Assembly (NCBI RefSeq): GCF_006345805.1
Contig: NC_042998.1
Coordinates: 34,906,001-34,970,000, forward strand
Direction of reading: 5' to 3'
DNA length: 64,000 bases
DNA from: Octopus sinensis
Taxonomy: Eukaryota
Shown here: piece after piece, positions 49,416 to 61,831 of the stretch
Numbering within the stretch: the first letter of the stretch is position 1
Layout: each line of letters begins with the position of its first letter
Notes under the pieces: model-generated
Database searches by the model: none
What the model was told of the DNA's origin: nothing
Seen by the model: the letters and a program-made list of their open reading frames with translations, nothing else
Position numbers and translations under genes: made by a program

Positions 49416-49546
49416 GATATATATATACATATATATATATGATTGAATCACTGTCAATAATACTTTTACTCAACAAAATTATAGAGTAACCATCAGATTA
49501 ATGTAAACTTGTTTTTTTATTATAATTAAACATAAAAATATCATTA

Positions 49547-49581
<35 letters not shown>

Positions 49582-50661
49582 AATTATATTATAATATTTT
49601 ACTCCTAAAAATATGACTACGAAGCATTTTTGACATCCAGGTTCCTTTTTGCAAACGCACACACAAGCATGCCTTTATATATGTCCATACAAAAGAATGC
49701 AAGTATGCAAAGAAATCTCATTCAATCCCATTTACCGTATCCATTTATCATTATATTCGCATCGTATTATATATGTTATTATATTATTATTTACATACCA
49801 TTATATTAAGCTTAGCTTCTCATACTGAATATAGATTAACTATTAGTTCAATCTCAGTCATGAGACCAGCAGCGGAGAAAGAAAATCCTTCTTGATGTTT
49901 GCTTTTATTTTGCTTTGCTTAAACTTCATTACACTGCCGAAACCTTTATCTGCTCATCAAAAGCAAAAAATATACCGGATAATGGAATAGGTTATCAAGA
50001 CAGAATTTCGAATATTGGAGCCAATAAACGAACACAGCCACTATATCGTCTGTCAATAGATTCGGTTTACCAGACAAGCCTCTCAGAAATGATAATTTAC
50101 TGTCTTAAAAACTAAGAAAGAAATGGAGAATGATAAAGGGTTACGTAAAGTATGCCTGAAATTGTTGGTATGCTCAAGGTAAGACGTCTTTAATTTTTGG
50201 TTTTCCACAAGAAAATGAATAATTTTAGGTTGACATAATGCAGGAAGATTCTGAGAATTTTGAAAATGTGTGTGTGTGTGTGTGTTTATGTGTGTGTATG
50301 TGTGCGTGTGTGCGTATTTTCATCTTCTGGTTCCATTAAGGATCGGTTGAACTTTTTCTCTTCTGTTGAAGTGCTCCACTCTAATATTGTCCATTTAATG
50401 TTGTGTTCATTATTGTTGGCATTATGTTGTCATATATATTTTAATAATGCGTAGTCAATCTCTTTCTCCGAATGAAATGTGGAGTTCATATAACGTCGCT
50501 TGAATCTTCCTTTCCGAGTTCCATCCCAGTTCTCGCAGACGCGATGATGCAGCTCGGTTTGAACTTGTATGTCATAGCATCTAAATTATATGTTTGGCTC
50601 GCTGGGCATCATTTCTTACCCCTGCGTATACGCGCCTCAACTGTGAATACATCTACTTTGC

Positions 50662-51082
50662 TTACTCTTTTACCCTTTTATTCTTTTATTTGCTTCAGTC
50701 ATGTGACTGTGGCCATGCTGGAGCACCGCCTTTGGTCGAGCAAATCGACCCCAGGACTTATTCTTTGTAAGCCTAGTACGTATTCTATCTGTCTCTTTTG
50801 CCGAACCGCTAAGTTAAGGGGACGTAAACACACCAGCATCGGTTGTCAAGCGATGTTGGAGGGAACAAACACAGACACAAAAACATATACACACACATAC
50901 ATATACATATACATATATACGACGGGCTTCTTTCAGTTTCCGTCAACCAAATCCACTCACAAGGCTTTGGTCGGCCCGTGGCTATAGTAGAAGACACTTG
51001 CCCAAGGTGCCACGCAGTGGGACTGAACCCGGAACATTGTGGTTCGTAAGCAAGCTACTTACCACATAGCCACACCTACGCC
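50662..51082 (-). mobile_element. SINE family B, full length
   Basis: End-to-end match to the other B copies. Confidence 0.9.
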
Positions 51083-53261
51083 ATTAGTAGCATTACTTTA
51101 CGTAACTTTCACGCTATTTTAATAGATATGTTCTTATACAGATGCTGGATTCAGATATGCTTACCAATGAATTTAAAGACCATTCTTCCTATACTAGTGA
51201 TTTCTTTCAAGAGGAAAAGTGGGGTGCACCACATCGTATTCCGGAGTCTAATTCTATGTCAGGGATTTGTAGATGTAACACTAAACTAATCCTATTTATG
51301 TAACTGCGTTTTGCTAAGCCACTGTTACAATAGTGTGCTGCTCTATAAAAGACCCTTCTGTTGAAAGAGAGGCTGGAGATACTACCATTAGTGGCCTTCA
51401 CTAATATCTTTAGGATTCTACATGGATGGTTATATTCGATATTAGTTTTGTTATAAGTTTTATAAAAGTATTTTATAAAATGGTGACGTCCAAGAAATCT
51501 AAATAATGGTTTTCAGACTTAGCTGGTCGAATATGTCAATAAGTTCCTTTCTACAACGATGGCACAACGTCCGTAATTACGGCCAAATCGTTATCTCTCT
51601 GTATACATATAATGTGGTGATTGAATTTATTTTATAACTCTACCAACATGGAAAGACCTATGAGATCATCTGTGTTTGTGTGTGTGTGTGTGTGTTTGTG
51701 TGTATGCTTCCGAAACTGTTGATGGAAATCATTGAAAGTATTGTACTTGCAATTCATTTGTACAACCTTGTCGTTTATTGCGAAAATATGTGGAATTCCT
51801 CTTTGAAAATCAGAAAGAAAGAGGATTACTATGGACATCTGCTTCGAAGTCTCCAGTTTTATATCCAGATTACAAATTTACATTTATACTGACAATAATT
51901 GGTGCATTTGGTTTTATGAGTTTTTGTCCAAGAAGCACTTTGGATAAGAGAAGATTTACAGAAAAAGAAATCAACCAACTCGCACTTTACAAATAGAATT
52001 TGTAAGTGGAACAGTGAAAATATCCAAGACTTTTCTGAAGTTTAAAATGTTAAATAGTTTTCTTTATCTACTTTCCGGCGGCGGAGTTTTGTTAGAAACC
52101 AGTTGCTTCTTCTGAGGAGGAATTTAAATAATTAAAATCATATTACAATGGCAACATCATAAAATGAACCAATACCAACATAAAAAGTGACCGTGATGTC
52201 AGATTAATTCCCCAATGCAGAGAAACTAATATACAGTAACATATTCATAGCAGTAAGTCTAATTCTTTGGCAATGTTCTGTGCCGTAAAAAGTAGAATAT
52301 ATTATATTTGAAATTAATCCCCCAACAACCAGCCAATTGCCGTGTAAATAACAATGAAAGTGTGTGAGTGTGTTCGTTCGCGCGCGTATGTGTATGTGTG
52401 CGGTGGATGAGAAAGATATAGATGGAGGGAGAAGATAACAGAAACTTCCAGGCAGCATATATTCAAGACAGAATTGTTTGCTTGGTGTTGGAAAGGGTAG
52501 ATTATGACATTTTGAACACTGCTTCTGCTGCGATATGAATGGCGAGTAGACGTAGAGGAAGGAAGAGGAGGAAAATCACCAGAACAGCTTCGAAAGAGAA
52601 ACCCGGGTATATATTAAGCGTCTATGTGTGTGTGTGTGACTCTGTGTATGTGTCAGTTTCTGTATATGTGTTTGTGTGTGTGTGTGTGTGTTTGTGTCTC
52701 TGTGCCTGTGTGCGCGTGTGTTTGCCTGTGTCTGTGTGTACTTCTGTGTGTCTGTACATAACTGAAATAAAAAGACACGTGCGAACGTACGCATCAAGAG
52801 GCTTCGCCAATTACTACTGCACAAAACTACAGATACAACACAACAATAGAGACATACTCGGAAATGGACACATTTACTAGAATATCTACATATTCTTAGT
52901 GGACAGCTATGGGTCAATGTTTGTGCGAAACACTTTATTATTCAGTTAATTAATCAATTAAAATGTGAACTACAACCTGTATGTGTGCTTTTAATGCCAG
53001 AACACAGCAATATCTCTTTCAACACACGGCTACTCATCAACCGTCTACCGCAACAATTCGAAAGGAAACACACATATGCACACGGCGCACAAGGATAATA
53101 CTTACATATGATATATATATATATATGTGTGTGTGTATCTATATTTGCATATATTTTTGTGTGCCCGCGTGCGACGTGCGTTTAATTCTGTTTTAGAATT
53201 TTGAATCTCCCATAACGCTATAAATAATCCTTTCTATTATTGGCAGAAGGCAGGAAATCTC

Positions 53262-53428
53262 TCTTAAGTCGATTACATCGACCTCAGTGCTTGATTGGCT
53301 CTTACTTCATTGACCCCGAAAGGACGAAAAGCAAAGTCGACCTCGGCGGAATTTGAACTCAGAACGTAAAGATGGGCGAAATGCCGCTAATCATTCCGTT
53401 CGGCGTGCTACCAATTTCTGCCAGCTTA
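53262..53428 (-). mobile_element. SINE family A, diverged
   Basis: gaccccgaaaggacgaaaagcaaagtcgacctcggcggaatttgaactcagaac body and head. Confidence 0.8.
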
Positions 53429-53827
53429 TTTAGGTCCAACAAAGCTTGTTCCAGAGGCTGCCACAATCCAGCCGAAGCAAGATACTCAGTGACGATACAG
53501 GTCGCAGGCTCCAAGGTGTGTGTGCACCTTGTCTTCAAGTCCAAGCAAAAAATCCCAAAAATGTTCACATGGTTTTTTTTCTGCGTATCTCGTTTTACAT
53601 CAGAGTGATTTCCTCCTAGAGACATGCTTTAACAAAACTCTGAGTGGCGCCTCACCTGCCAGTGATCTTCCAGCACGCCACACACCACCAACCCGGAATT
53701 TCAGAGGGTCTGCGCTATTGCTAGATTTGTCGTTAACCTACAGTAGGTTAATCCACCCTTTTGACAAGTCTTGCTTTTTGTCCTTCTGCGTTTCTAGCAA
53801 TTTCAACATCAACAACGGGATATTTTT

Positions 53828-53948
53828 GTATGTATGTATGTATGTATGTATGTATGTATGTATGTATGTATGTATGTATGTATGTGTGTATGTATGTGTG
53901 CATGCATGCATGTATGTATGTATGTATGTATGTATGTATGTATGTATG
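53828..53948. repeat. (TATG)n microsatellite at the 3' end of the adjacent LINE
   Basis: Direct reading. Confidence 0.95.
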
Positions 53949-53949
53949 T

Positions 53950-55515
53950 TTCTCTTCTATTTTTTTAATTATCATAAATCTTCCACTGAGGTGGGAGCCA
54001 GTTTCCAACAAAGATACAAGGCTCCATCTTTGGGATGTGGTTAACACAGGCAAATTCATATTTGGAACTTGAGAAAAGTCTTGCATATTTTTACTGCTCC
54101 ACTCCCAAATTGGGCTTGTAATGTACGAATCAGCCGGGTAGTTTTTCTTTCTGAAAATCCCAGTCTATCCAGATTCTACTTTAAGCATTTACTAACAAAA
54201 CCTAGTTCCAATTATTATTGGTATAAATATGAATTCATAGTCTGGATATAGAAGCTGGAGGTTTCGAAACAGTTATCCATAGATAGCCTCTTTTTCTTTG
54301 ATTTTCAATGAGATATTTATATCCGCAGGGCAACTAACTTCTACGATGGTACATATCTTTACCCCTCTGTCCCAAACTACAATATCCGGCCTGTTATGCC
54401 TACATTTGACAGACGTTTTGATATTCTACCAGTATTTCTTGAGTTGATGTTTATGAATGTATTCCATAAAAGAGGGATTTTCTACGTTTATTTCTTCTTC
54501 GCGGATGGCATTGTAAATTGTTTTAGCAACGACATCGTGTTTCATAGAGAGGTAATACCGTGACGACATTTTAGGACAGCTGCTGATCAAATACACGATG
54601 TCTTCCACAGAAACATCACATAACCTAAACCTGCGGTTGCACCTTTGATTGCAAGAACGTCACAATCTCTCTTGTTCACCAGGTACTTTGTGGCAATCTT
54701 CTGTTCCTGGATTGCAAACGCATAGCCTTCAAAGTGTGATGTGATGTAGTGGTCTTGTGTCTAAGAGATGCTGCGCTTGGTGTTAATTCTACTGTTTTCT
54801 TCAAGCTTCCGGGCAACAGACCCATGTATAGTCTTTTTTTCTATGCTGAGTATTTTCCACACAGGTCTTGTCTGGGATAAGAGACCCCAGCTGTTTTGGG
54901 GCTGTATAGGAGATACTCAGGAAGAGAGTGTTTCTTGAGGAGTTCACTACAAAGTGGTACAATGTTGTTCACTTCACTTTTCAGCACTGTAGTTATATAT
55001 TTATTTTTGCTACTGTTGCTTAGCAGAAGCTGCCTGAGCGATACCATACGGCATTCAAAGGCCGCCTGCACTGATCTCAGGCCTCTACCACCTTCATTTC
55101 TTCTTAGGTAGAGCCTGTCAACGTCACTGTTTCTGTGGAAGTTCCCAGTTGTTGTCAGGATTTTGTGGGTTTTGATAACTAAGGAGTGAATTTCTTCTAC
55201 AGACCAATGAAGTATCCCAGACGTTGGGATCAGCACTGGTAGTGCAAATGCATTGTGGGATATAGTTTTGTTGTAAGAGGAGAGTTTCGACTGCCATATT
55301 TTTCTAAGTCTGGTGTAATATTCTCGGGTCACTCTATTTTTATTCACGGTACCTTCATAAGATACATTTTCGTCTATGCCTAGGTACTTGTAACATTCTT
55401 TGTGTGGAATGGGGGAGATGGAGAGACCGTTGATGCACAGGTTTTGGGTTTGGGGGACTGACGTTCCTCGTTCTATAACCAAATATGAACATTTCTTTTG
55501 GTCGAATTGCAGGAT
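53950..55515 (-). mobile_element. 5'-truncated R4/Dong-clade RLE LINE (post-RT region, CCHC, endonuclease)
   Basis: YKYLGIDE...NFHRNSDVDRLYLRRNEGGRGL; FEGYAFAIQEQ; RLCDVSVEDIVYLISSCPKMSSRYYLSMKHDVVAK; HNRPDIVVWDR..CTIVEVSCP; ends KTFLKFQI* at 54056. Confidence 0.9.
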
Positions 55516-55913
55516 TGCAAGGAGGGACTCTTTACTATTTGTTATTAACTGTGAAATCTAATAGGAGTCATGAGTCATGGAGAAATACGTCATAAAGCAT
55601 ATATGCGTGTGTGTGCGTGTAGCTGTGTGTGTGTGTGTGAGTGTATTTTATTTTAATATTGGTCAAAAATAGGTGAAAGACAGGTTTAGATTTATTTTGG
55701 TTCCACTTCAAAGGAATACTGTAGCAGGCTCAGATTTTTTAATGTATTACATGTCTATTTTGCTAACGCCATTTTAAAAGTGGAGGTTAGTATTCAGAGC
55801 TAGGTTTACGCAGTGAATTAAATCAGTTTAATAAATGATAAGATATTCGCAACGGGCACAGGTAGCAGTAGTTGGATTTTGTTACGTTTAAGTTCTATTA
55901 CAAAACTGTTGGC

Positions 55914-56237
55914 CAGTGATTCTCAACCGGGGATCATATGGCCCCTGAGGGTCCATATAATATTTTGGGGGTTCCCGCAACAAAATTGTAAATTGGGGGG
56001 TCCACAATAGTAATTTAAGGGCGCCTGAAAAAATTTTATTTTCGATGTATGTATTGGTTATGTATTGCAAGAAACAGCCAGGTTTCTTTCTCTAACATTT
56101 TACATAACTCAATCTACACAAGTTAATGTGTGAAAAACAAAATAGGAATTTTGAAAGAAGTTTCTATAAGACTAGTTTTTAAACATTGAATGGCTATGGG
56201 GGTCCATTTGAATAAAATAGTAATCGAAGAACACCTG
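55914..56237 (+). mobile_element. hAT/Charlie-like non-autonomous element
   Basis: 5' terminus cagtgattctcaaccgggg, degenerate 3' terminus gaagaacacctg; flanking 8-mers ctgttggc / ctgtagac (6/8 match). Confidence 0.65.
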
Positions 56238-56379
56238 CTGTAGACTCTACTAAAATAGATGTTATTTACGACAAAATAGACTGATTAATAAATTCAAATT
56301 AAACATAGCTTGTTAGTCAGATCGTTAAGATAGCATTGGGAAAAAAAATCTAGTTGCAAGCAACAATGAGATGCGGATG

Positions 56380-56430
<51 letters not shown>

Positions 56431-56734
56431 TTCAAAGTATATGTGGATATATGTGCTATTCTTAGTGTTGGTCAAAGGTAAAAAAAACATATCCGGGAAG
56501 GAGTTATATTAATGTAGCAGGTTAATTAAAGGAATTGTTGTTTTGTTTTTAGAAAGAGAGCATATAATTGGCATTAATTATAAATAGTAAATTAATTGGG
56601 TTTAATGTATGTGGGTAAGTTTGGTTTTATACCGAATCATTATGGTGTCGATCACCATGTTTATTAGTTGCAACGATTCAATTAGCGAATGCTATATAAA
56701 CAACAACGATTACACACACAAACACACACACACA

Positions 56735-56824
<90 letters not shown>

Positions 56825-56834
56825 GGTACATATT

Positions 56835-56916
<82 letters not shown>

Positions 56917-56930
56917 TGTGTTTGCATATA

Positions 56931-58156
56931 CAGGGGTTGAACAAAATAATGGAAACACCTAGCATCATAGCATCATAATTTTGAAATATCAATAAAACCA
57001 TGAAAAGCTTGTTTATTATTATTTTTTAAAATTTATTATTAGTGTTGCTCAATATGTTTTGCTAAAATTGCTGTTTCTTTTCAGATGACATCAGAAAAAG
57101 TAATTAAAATTCATTAAAATGACAGATCTATCGGACTTTCAAAGACATCAAATTGTTGGTGCTCGTATGGCAGGCGTTAGCGTAACGAAAACAGCTGAAA
57201 TATTTGGTGTATCAAGAAGTACTGTCTCGAAAGTAACGACAGCCTTTCAGAAAGAGGGAAAAACCTCCTCGTCGAAACAAAACTCCGGAAGAAAACCAAA
57301 ACTTACAGATAGGGACCGTCGGACTCTTACGCGAATTGTTAGAAAGGATCACCAAAGTACAGCTCCCAAAATTACAGCAGATCTTAATGACCACTTCGAG
57401 AACACAGTTTCCACAAAAACTGTTCGCCGGGAGCTGAACAAAGAAAAACACTACTTTCAAAAACAAATGTTGCAAAGCATTTAGAGTGGAGTAAAAACCT
57501 ACAGAATTGGTCCCTAGAGCAGCGGAAGAACGTTATTTTCTCGGACGAGTCATCCTTTACCTTATTTCCGGCCACCGGCCGAGTATACGCGTGGGAACAA
57601 CCATAAAATGCATTTGACCCAGATTGCCCTCTTCAAACTGTTAAACATGGAGGAGAATCTGGGATGATCCGGTGGGCTATATCTTGGAAATCCGCCAATG
57701 GCTTCCCCTCATGGCAGAATTAATAGTCAAGACTATTTAAGCATTTTATCTGATCAACTCCATCCTATGGTTGCGGAACTGTTTCCAGAGGGAAACGCAA
57801 TCTTTCAGGGTGATTATGCACCAATTCACGCAGTTACAGTTTTTACTGAATGCCACAAGGAACATTCTAGTGAAGTTGAACATCTTATCTGGCCACCAGA
57901 TCTCAATATTATTGAACATTTATGGTGCATTTTAGAAAAGTAAGGAGTCGATATCCTCCACCATGGTCACTACATGAACTAGAGATTGTTTTAGCTGAAG
58001 GACGGACAAAAGTTCCTTTGGAAACAATTCAAACTTTTTACGAGTCCATACCTCGTTGAACTCAAGGTGTAATTACTGCCAAAGGCGGTCCTACACTATA
58101 TTAAAAGAAATTTGCTTGAAATTTTAAGGTGTTTCCATTATTTTGTCCAACCTCTC
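56931..58156 (+). mobile_element. Full-length Tc1-type transposon, DD36E-like, inactive
   Basis: 30-bp TIRs caggggttgaacaaaataatggaaacacct / aggtgtttccattattttgtccaacctctc with TA on both sides; 1226 bp. Confidence 0.95.
57119..58104 (+). pseudogene. Tc1 transposase pseudogene
   Basis: MTDLSDFQRHQIVGARMAGVSVTKTAEIFGVSRSTVSKV (HTH)...SGRKPKL...VIFSDESSF (D 57544)...IFQGDYAPIH (D 57812)...WPPDLNIIEHLW (E 57914)...AKGGPTLY*; frameshifts and stops. Confidence 0.93.
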
Positions 58157-58480
58157 TATACCTATGTGTGTGTGTGTGTGTGTGTGTGTAGAAGGTTGAA
58201 AAGGAACACACGATATATACATGGAAAAAAGTCAAGGTAGAAAATGCTAAAATAAAAAAGCATTTCAGTGCCGGTTTCAGTCATTGAGCCTTCTTCAACT
58301 GTAAGCATCAGAAGCAATTAAAATTTGAAAAAAATTAAATGAAAAGTTTTTTAAAAGAATATCTGCATAGTATTCAAATACAAGGGGCATTTTTCTTGAT
58401 TCAGCCTGTCTCTGTCTCTCTTGAATCCACAAGAGTAAACAAGAGAAACAGAGACAGGCATATTATTATATTATTATTAT

Positions 58481-59022
58481 TGAGTGAGAGAGCAGTGCAT
58501 GCCATCAAAGTAACACTGGGGTGAAATATACGAAGCCCAGTATACCCATCATGACTACTCGTCTGATAAGGGTACACCAGGCACGTGCATCACAACCATA
58601 TGTGCGCAACGTAGTGACCTCATTTCAAGATAAATTGCGCCTGACCTCGCAGGTGGGGGCCCAGTAAAAATTTTCTTCACGTCGAGTAACCCATCCCGCT
58701 CAAAATGTCCCTGAATAAGGGTTGTTTAAAGATGTTGAACAAAACACCCATGTTTCCTGAAGTGAATTATCCAAACTACAAATTCCTCTTAACACATGGC
58801 TAAGATGCTCTCCCACTACTTCTGCTCGTGATCAGAGATGCATATATCGTCAGCCACTAAGGGACATGTCAAACAACTGACAAGCAAATCTGTGGTATTG
58901 AGCAGAATATTTGCTGTAGCCCATCTTTTATACCACGACAAAACAATGTACATGATAACACTTCTAATCAGTTAAGATCAGAAGCCATGAGAGCCACTGT
59001 CTGGTACTACATCAGGACATTT
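58481..59022 (-). mobile_element. ~540-bp GC-richer non-coding insert bracketed by (ATT)n tracts
   Basis: Sharp compositional boundaries; (ATT)n at 58461-80 and 59021-59150; no ORF; single copy in the window, so class and strand are inferred. Confidence 0.45.
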
Positions 59023-59029
59023 GTTGTTG

Positions 59030-59119
<90 letters not shown>

Positions 59120-59150
59120 TATTATTATTATTATTATTATTATTATCATT
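59021..59150. repeat. (GTT)n(ATT)n microsatellite
   Basis: Direct reading. Confidence 0.95.
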
Positions 59151-59785
59151 ATCATATATATATGTATATATATATATACGTATATATGTATATATATAAC
59201 AATATATATTTATGTATTGTGACGGCTGTTATGAATGTGTGTGCATAGAAATACAACTTCAAAAGTTTTTATACAGTTCAACAGGAAAGCTCGCAGATTA
59301 GCAATTGACTTTACAAATAGAAGGTTGGATAGAATGAGATAACAATCATAAACCATATTGAAAGACCACAAGGCATATCTATTAGAAATCACCAAATGCT
59401 ATCTAATCAAACCAGTAAAAACCAGTTATGCGTATTAAACTGAAAAAAATACACAGACGATATCAATTCCAAAATTACAAGACCATAAACAAGCAATGAA
59501 GGTAATCCAACGTAAAGGCAACATATCCTTCATCAACTGATTCAGAAGTACAAAGAATTATTGCAAAAGATATAAACTTACACGAAGAGAAGAGGACGCC
59601 AGGGAATAAAGGACTTGATAAGCATAGGATTGTATTGGAGAATGTTTGTCTTCTACAATAGTTCATACGGGATACATAATGAAAACGGACTTGTACAGGA
59701 AGTATAGGATTCTTTCACCGGAAAGATATCTGAAAGGTTGTTCACTCACGCACGCACACATATTGACACATTCATATATCGTCGT

Positions 59786-60103
59786 GGCACTCCGTCGGTT
59801 TCGACGACGAGGGTTCCAGTTAATTCGATCAACGGAATAGCCTGCTCGTGAAATTAACGTTCAACTGGCTGAGCACTCCGCAGACACGTATATCCTTAAC
59901 GTAGTCCTCGGGGTAGTTTCAGCGTGACACAGAGTGTGATAAGGCAGGCCCCTTTCAAATACAGGTACAACAGAAACAGGAAGAAAGAATGAGAGAAAGT
60001 TGAGGTAAAAGAGTACAGCAGGGTTCCCTACCACCCACTACCGGAGCCTCGAGGAACTTTAGGTGTTTCGCTCTATAAACACTCCCAACGGCCGGTCTGG
60101 GAA
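59786..60103 (-). mobile_element. SINE family C, tail type a, 5'-truncated
   Basis: Aligns with ~3270-3580. Confidence 0.85.
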
Positions 60104-60130
60104 ATATATGTATGTATATATATATGTATA

Positions 60131-60200
60131 TATATAATATTATTAGAGACAAAACCACTATTTTGCAAAATAGTGGTTTTGTCTCTAATAATATTATATA
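60131..60200. repeat. Perfect 70-bp palindrome with no spacer
   Basis: tatataatattattagagacaaaaccactattttg|caaaatagtggttttgtctctaataatattatata; 35/35 pairs. Confidence 0.95.
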
Positions 60201-60346
60201 ATATTTTACTATAAAATTGGATTTAATCCTAAATCTGATTTTTTCCCTGTAAATTTGGATTTATTCCCTAATATTTATTATATATATATATATATATATA
60301 TATATCTAAGTATATACACACACACACATATATATATATATATATT

Positions 60347-60515
60347 GGAGATGTAATTGCATCTTAGTTGCTTTGATCTAAGATCGTGTACTGGAACTAA
60401 ACCAATCGCAGCGTTGGAAAACCTAGAGACCGTTAACATCACTTAAACTATTTATCTGTAATACGGTGCCAAACTTTTCGTCGTTCGAAACTGTTACCCA
60501 ATCACTGACAAAAAA
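60347..60515 (-). mobile_element. Decayed second copy of HHR family 3
   Basis: ggagatgta...ttgatctaagatcgtgt and ttttcgtcg...cactgacaaaaa match 21200-21390; core reads GTGATTG (G3 retained). Confidence 0.65.
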
Positions 60516-60850
60516 GTGATACTGCACATTTTTTTTTTATCACTGAGCAGGTTGCAGATTCGTGTGGCGAAAATTTTGATTCCGTGTATACCATATTCCA
60601 AAAAAATGTTCAAGTAACTCTGGCGGTCTTTTTGTGTTTCTGAATGGTAATGGTAGTGTTGTGGTGATGGCGATAAAAATCCGTTTTTCATATCGATACA
60701 AGGCCAGAGATTTCGGCCGCTTATGGGACGGCGATTCGCCAATTAAATTGACCGCATTACTTGATTGATATTTCATGTTATCAACTGCAATAGGATTCGA
60801 ATATAGGGTAATGGCCTTTCAGCAGAGAAGGAATTCAAAATTGTCAATTT

Positions 60851-61247
60851 GTGGTTGTGTGGTAAGAAGCTTACTTTCCAACCACATTATTCGAGGTTCA
60901 GTCCCACCGCGGGACACCTTGAGCAAGTGTTTTTGATTATAGCCTCGAGTTGACCAAAACTTTGTGAATGGATATGATTGGGAGAAACTGAAAGAAGCCC
61001 AGCGTAAGCGTGTGTATGTGTGTATGTGTGTGTGTGTTTTTGTTCGTGCCCCACCGCCACGGTTTGACAACCGGTGGTGGTGTGTTTACATCCCCGTAAC
61101 TAACCAGTTCGGCAAAAGAGACAGTAAAATCAGTACCAAGATTTAAACAATAAGTAATAGGGTCGATTTCTTCGACTACAAATTCTACAAGGTAGTGCTC
61201 CAGCATGTGCGCAGGCAGTCTTAGGACTGAGACAAATGAAAGGTAAA
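60851..61247 (+). mobile_element. SINE family B, diverged
   Basis: Head, CORE-like domain and tail recognisable. Confidence 0.85.
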
Positions 61248-61517
61248 AGTCATTCACAGGTTTAGCAACACCTACAGAACAAAACTAATTGAGCAGACAA
61301 AAAATGAATATATAATATGCAAAATAAAAAAAGAAAATATGAAAACATCGAACCATTAAACTCCAGAATTAGTGAATATACAACCAAACACCAAACCTAT
61401 AAGTGTTCGTTCTATTTTCCGTTATTTCCGAACTTACTATTTTATTCGTTACTTCATATCACGTCTATATATCCGAATACGCTTTCTTTGTATATCCTAT
61501 TATTATATATCAGTAAC

Positions 61518-61831
61518 ATCACCGTGATCACCCTGACCGACCAGGCTATCAGATGTCGCTACACATCTCTGGTCACAATGCGCTTCACATTGTTTTAGCC
61601 TTCAAATGACGCCACCCCGCTGGCTAAACGAGCAGGCCAACAGAAGAAAGAGTGAGAGAAAGTTGTGGCGAAAGAGTACAGTAGGGATCGCCACCACCCC
61701 TTACCAGAGTCTCGTGGAGCTTTTAGGTGTTTTCGCTCAATAAACACTCACAACGCTCGGTCTGCGAATCGAAACTGCGATCCTACGACCGCGAGTCCGC
61801 TACCCTAACCACTGGGCCGTTGCGCCTCCAC
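61518..61831 (-). mobile_element. SINE family C, tail type b
   Basis: 11-bp TSD atatcagtaac at 61507-17 and 61832-42; matches 28343-28635. Confidence 0.9.

Noticed and set aside
58960-59022. Possible HDV-like ribozyme at the end of the ATT-flanked element
   Set aside because: Could not assign P1/P2/P3/P1.1 pairings by hand; left as a test only.
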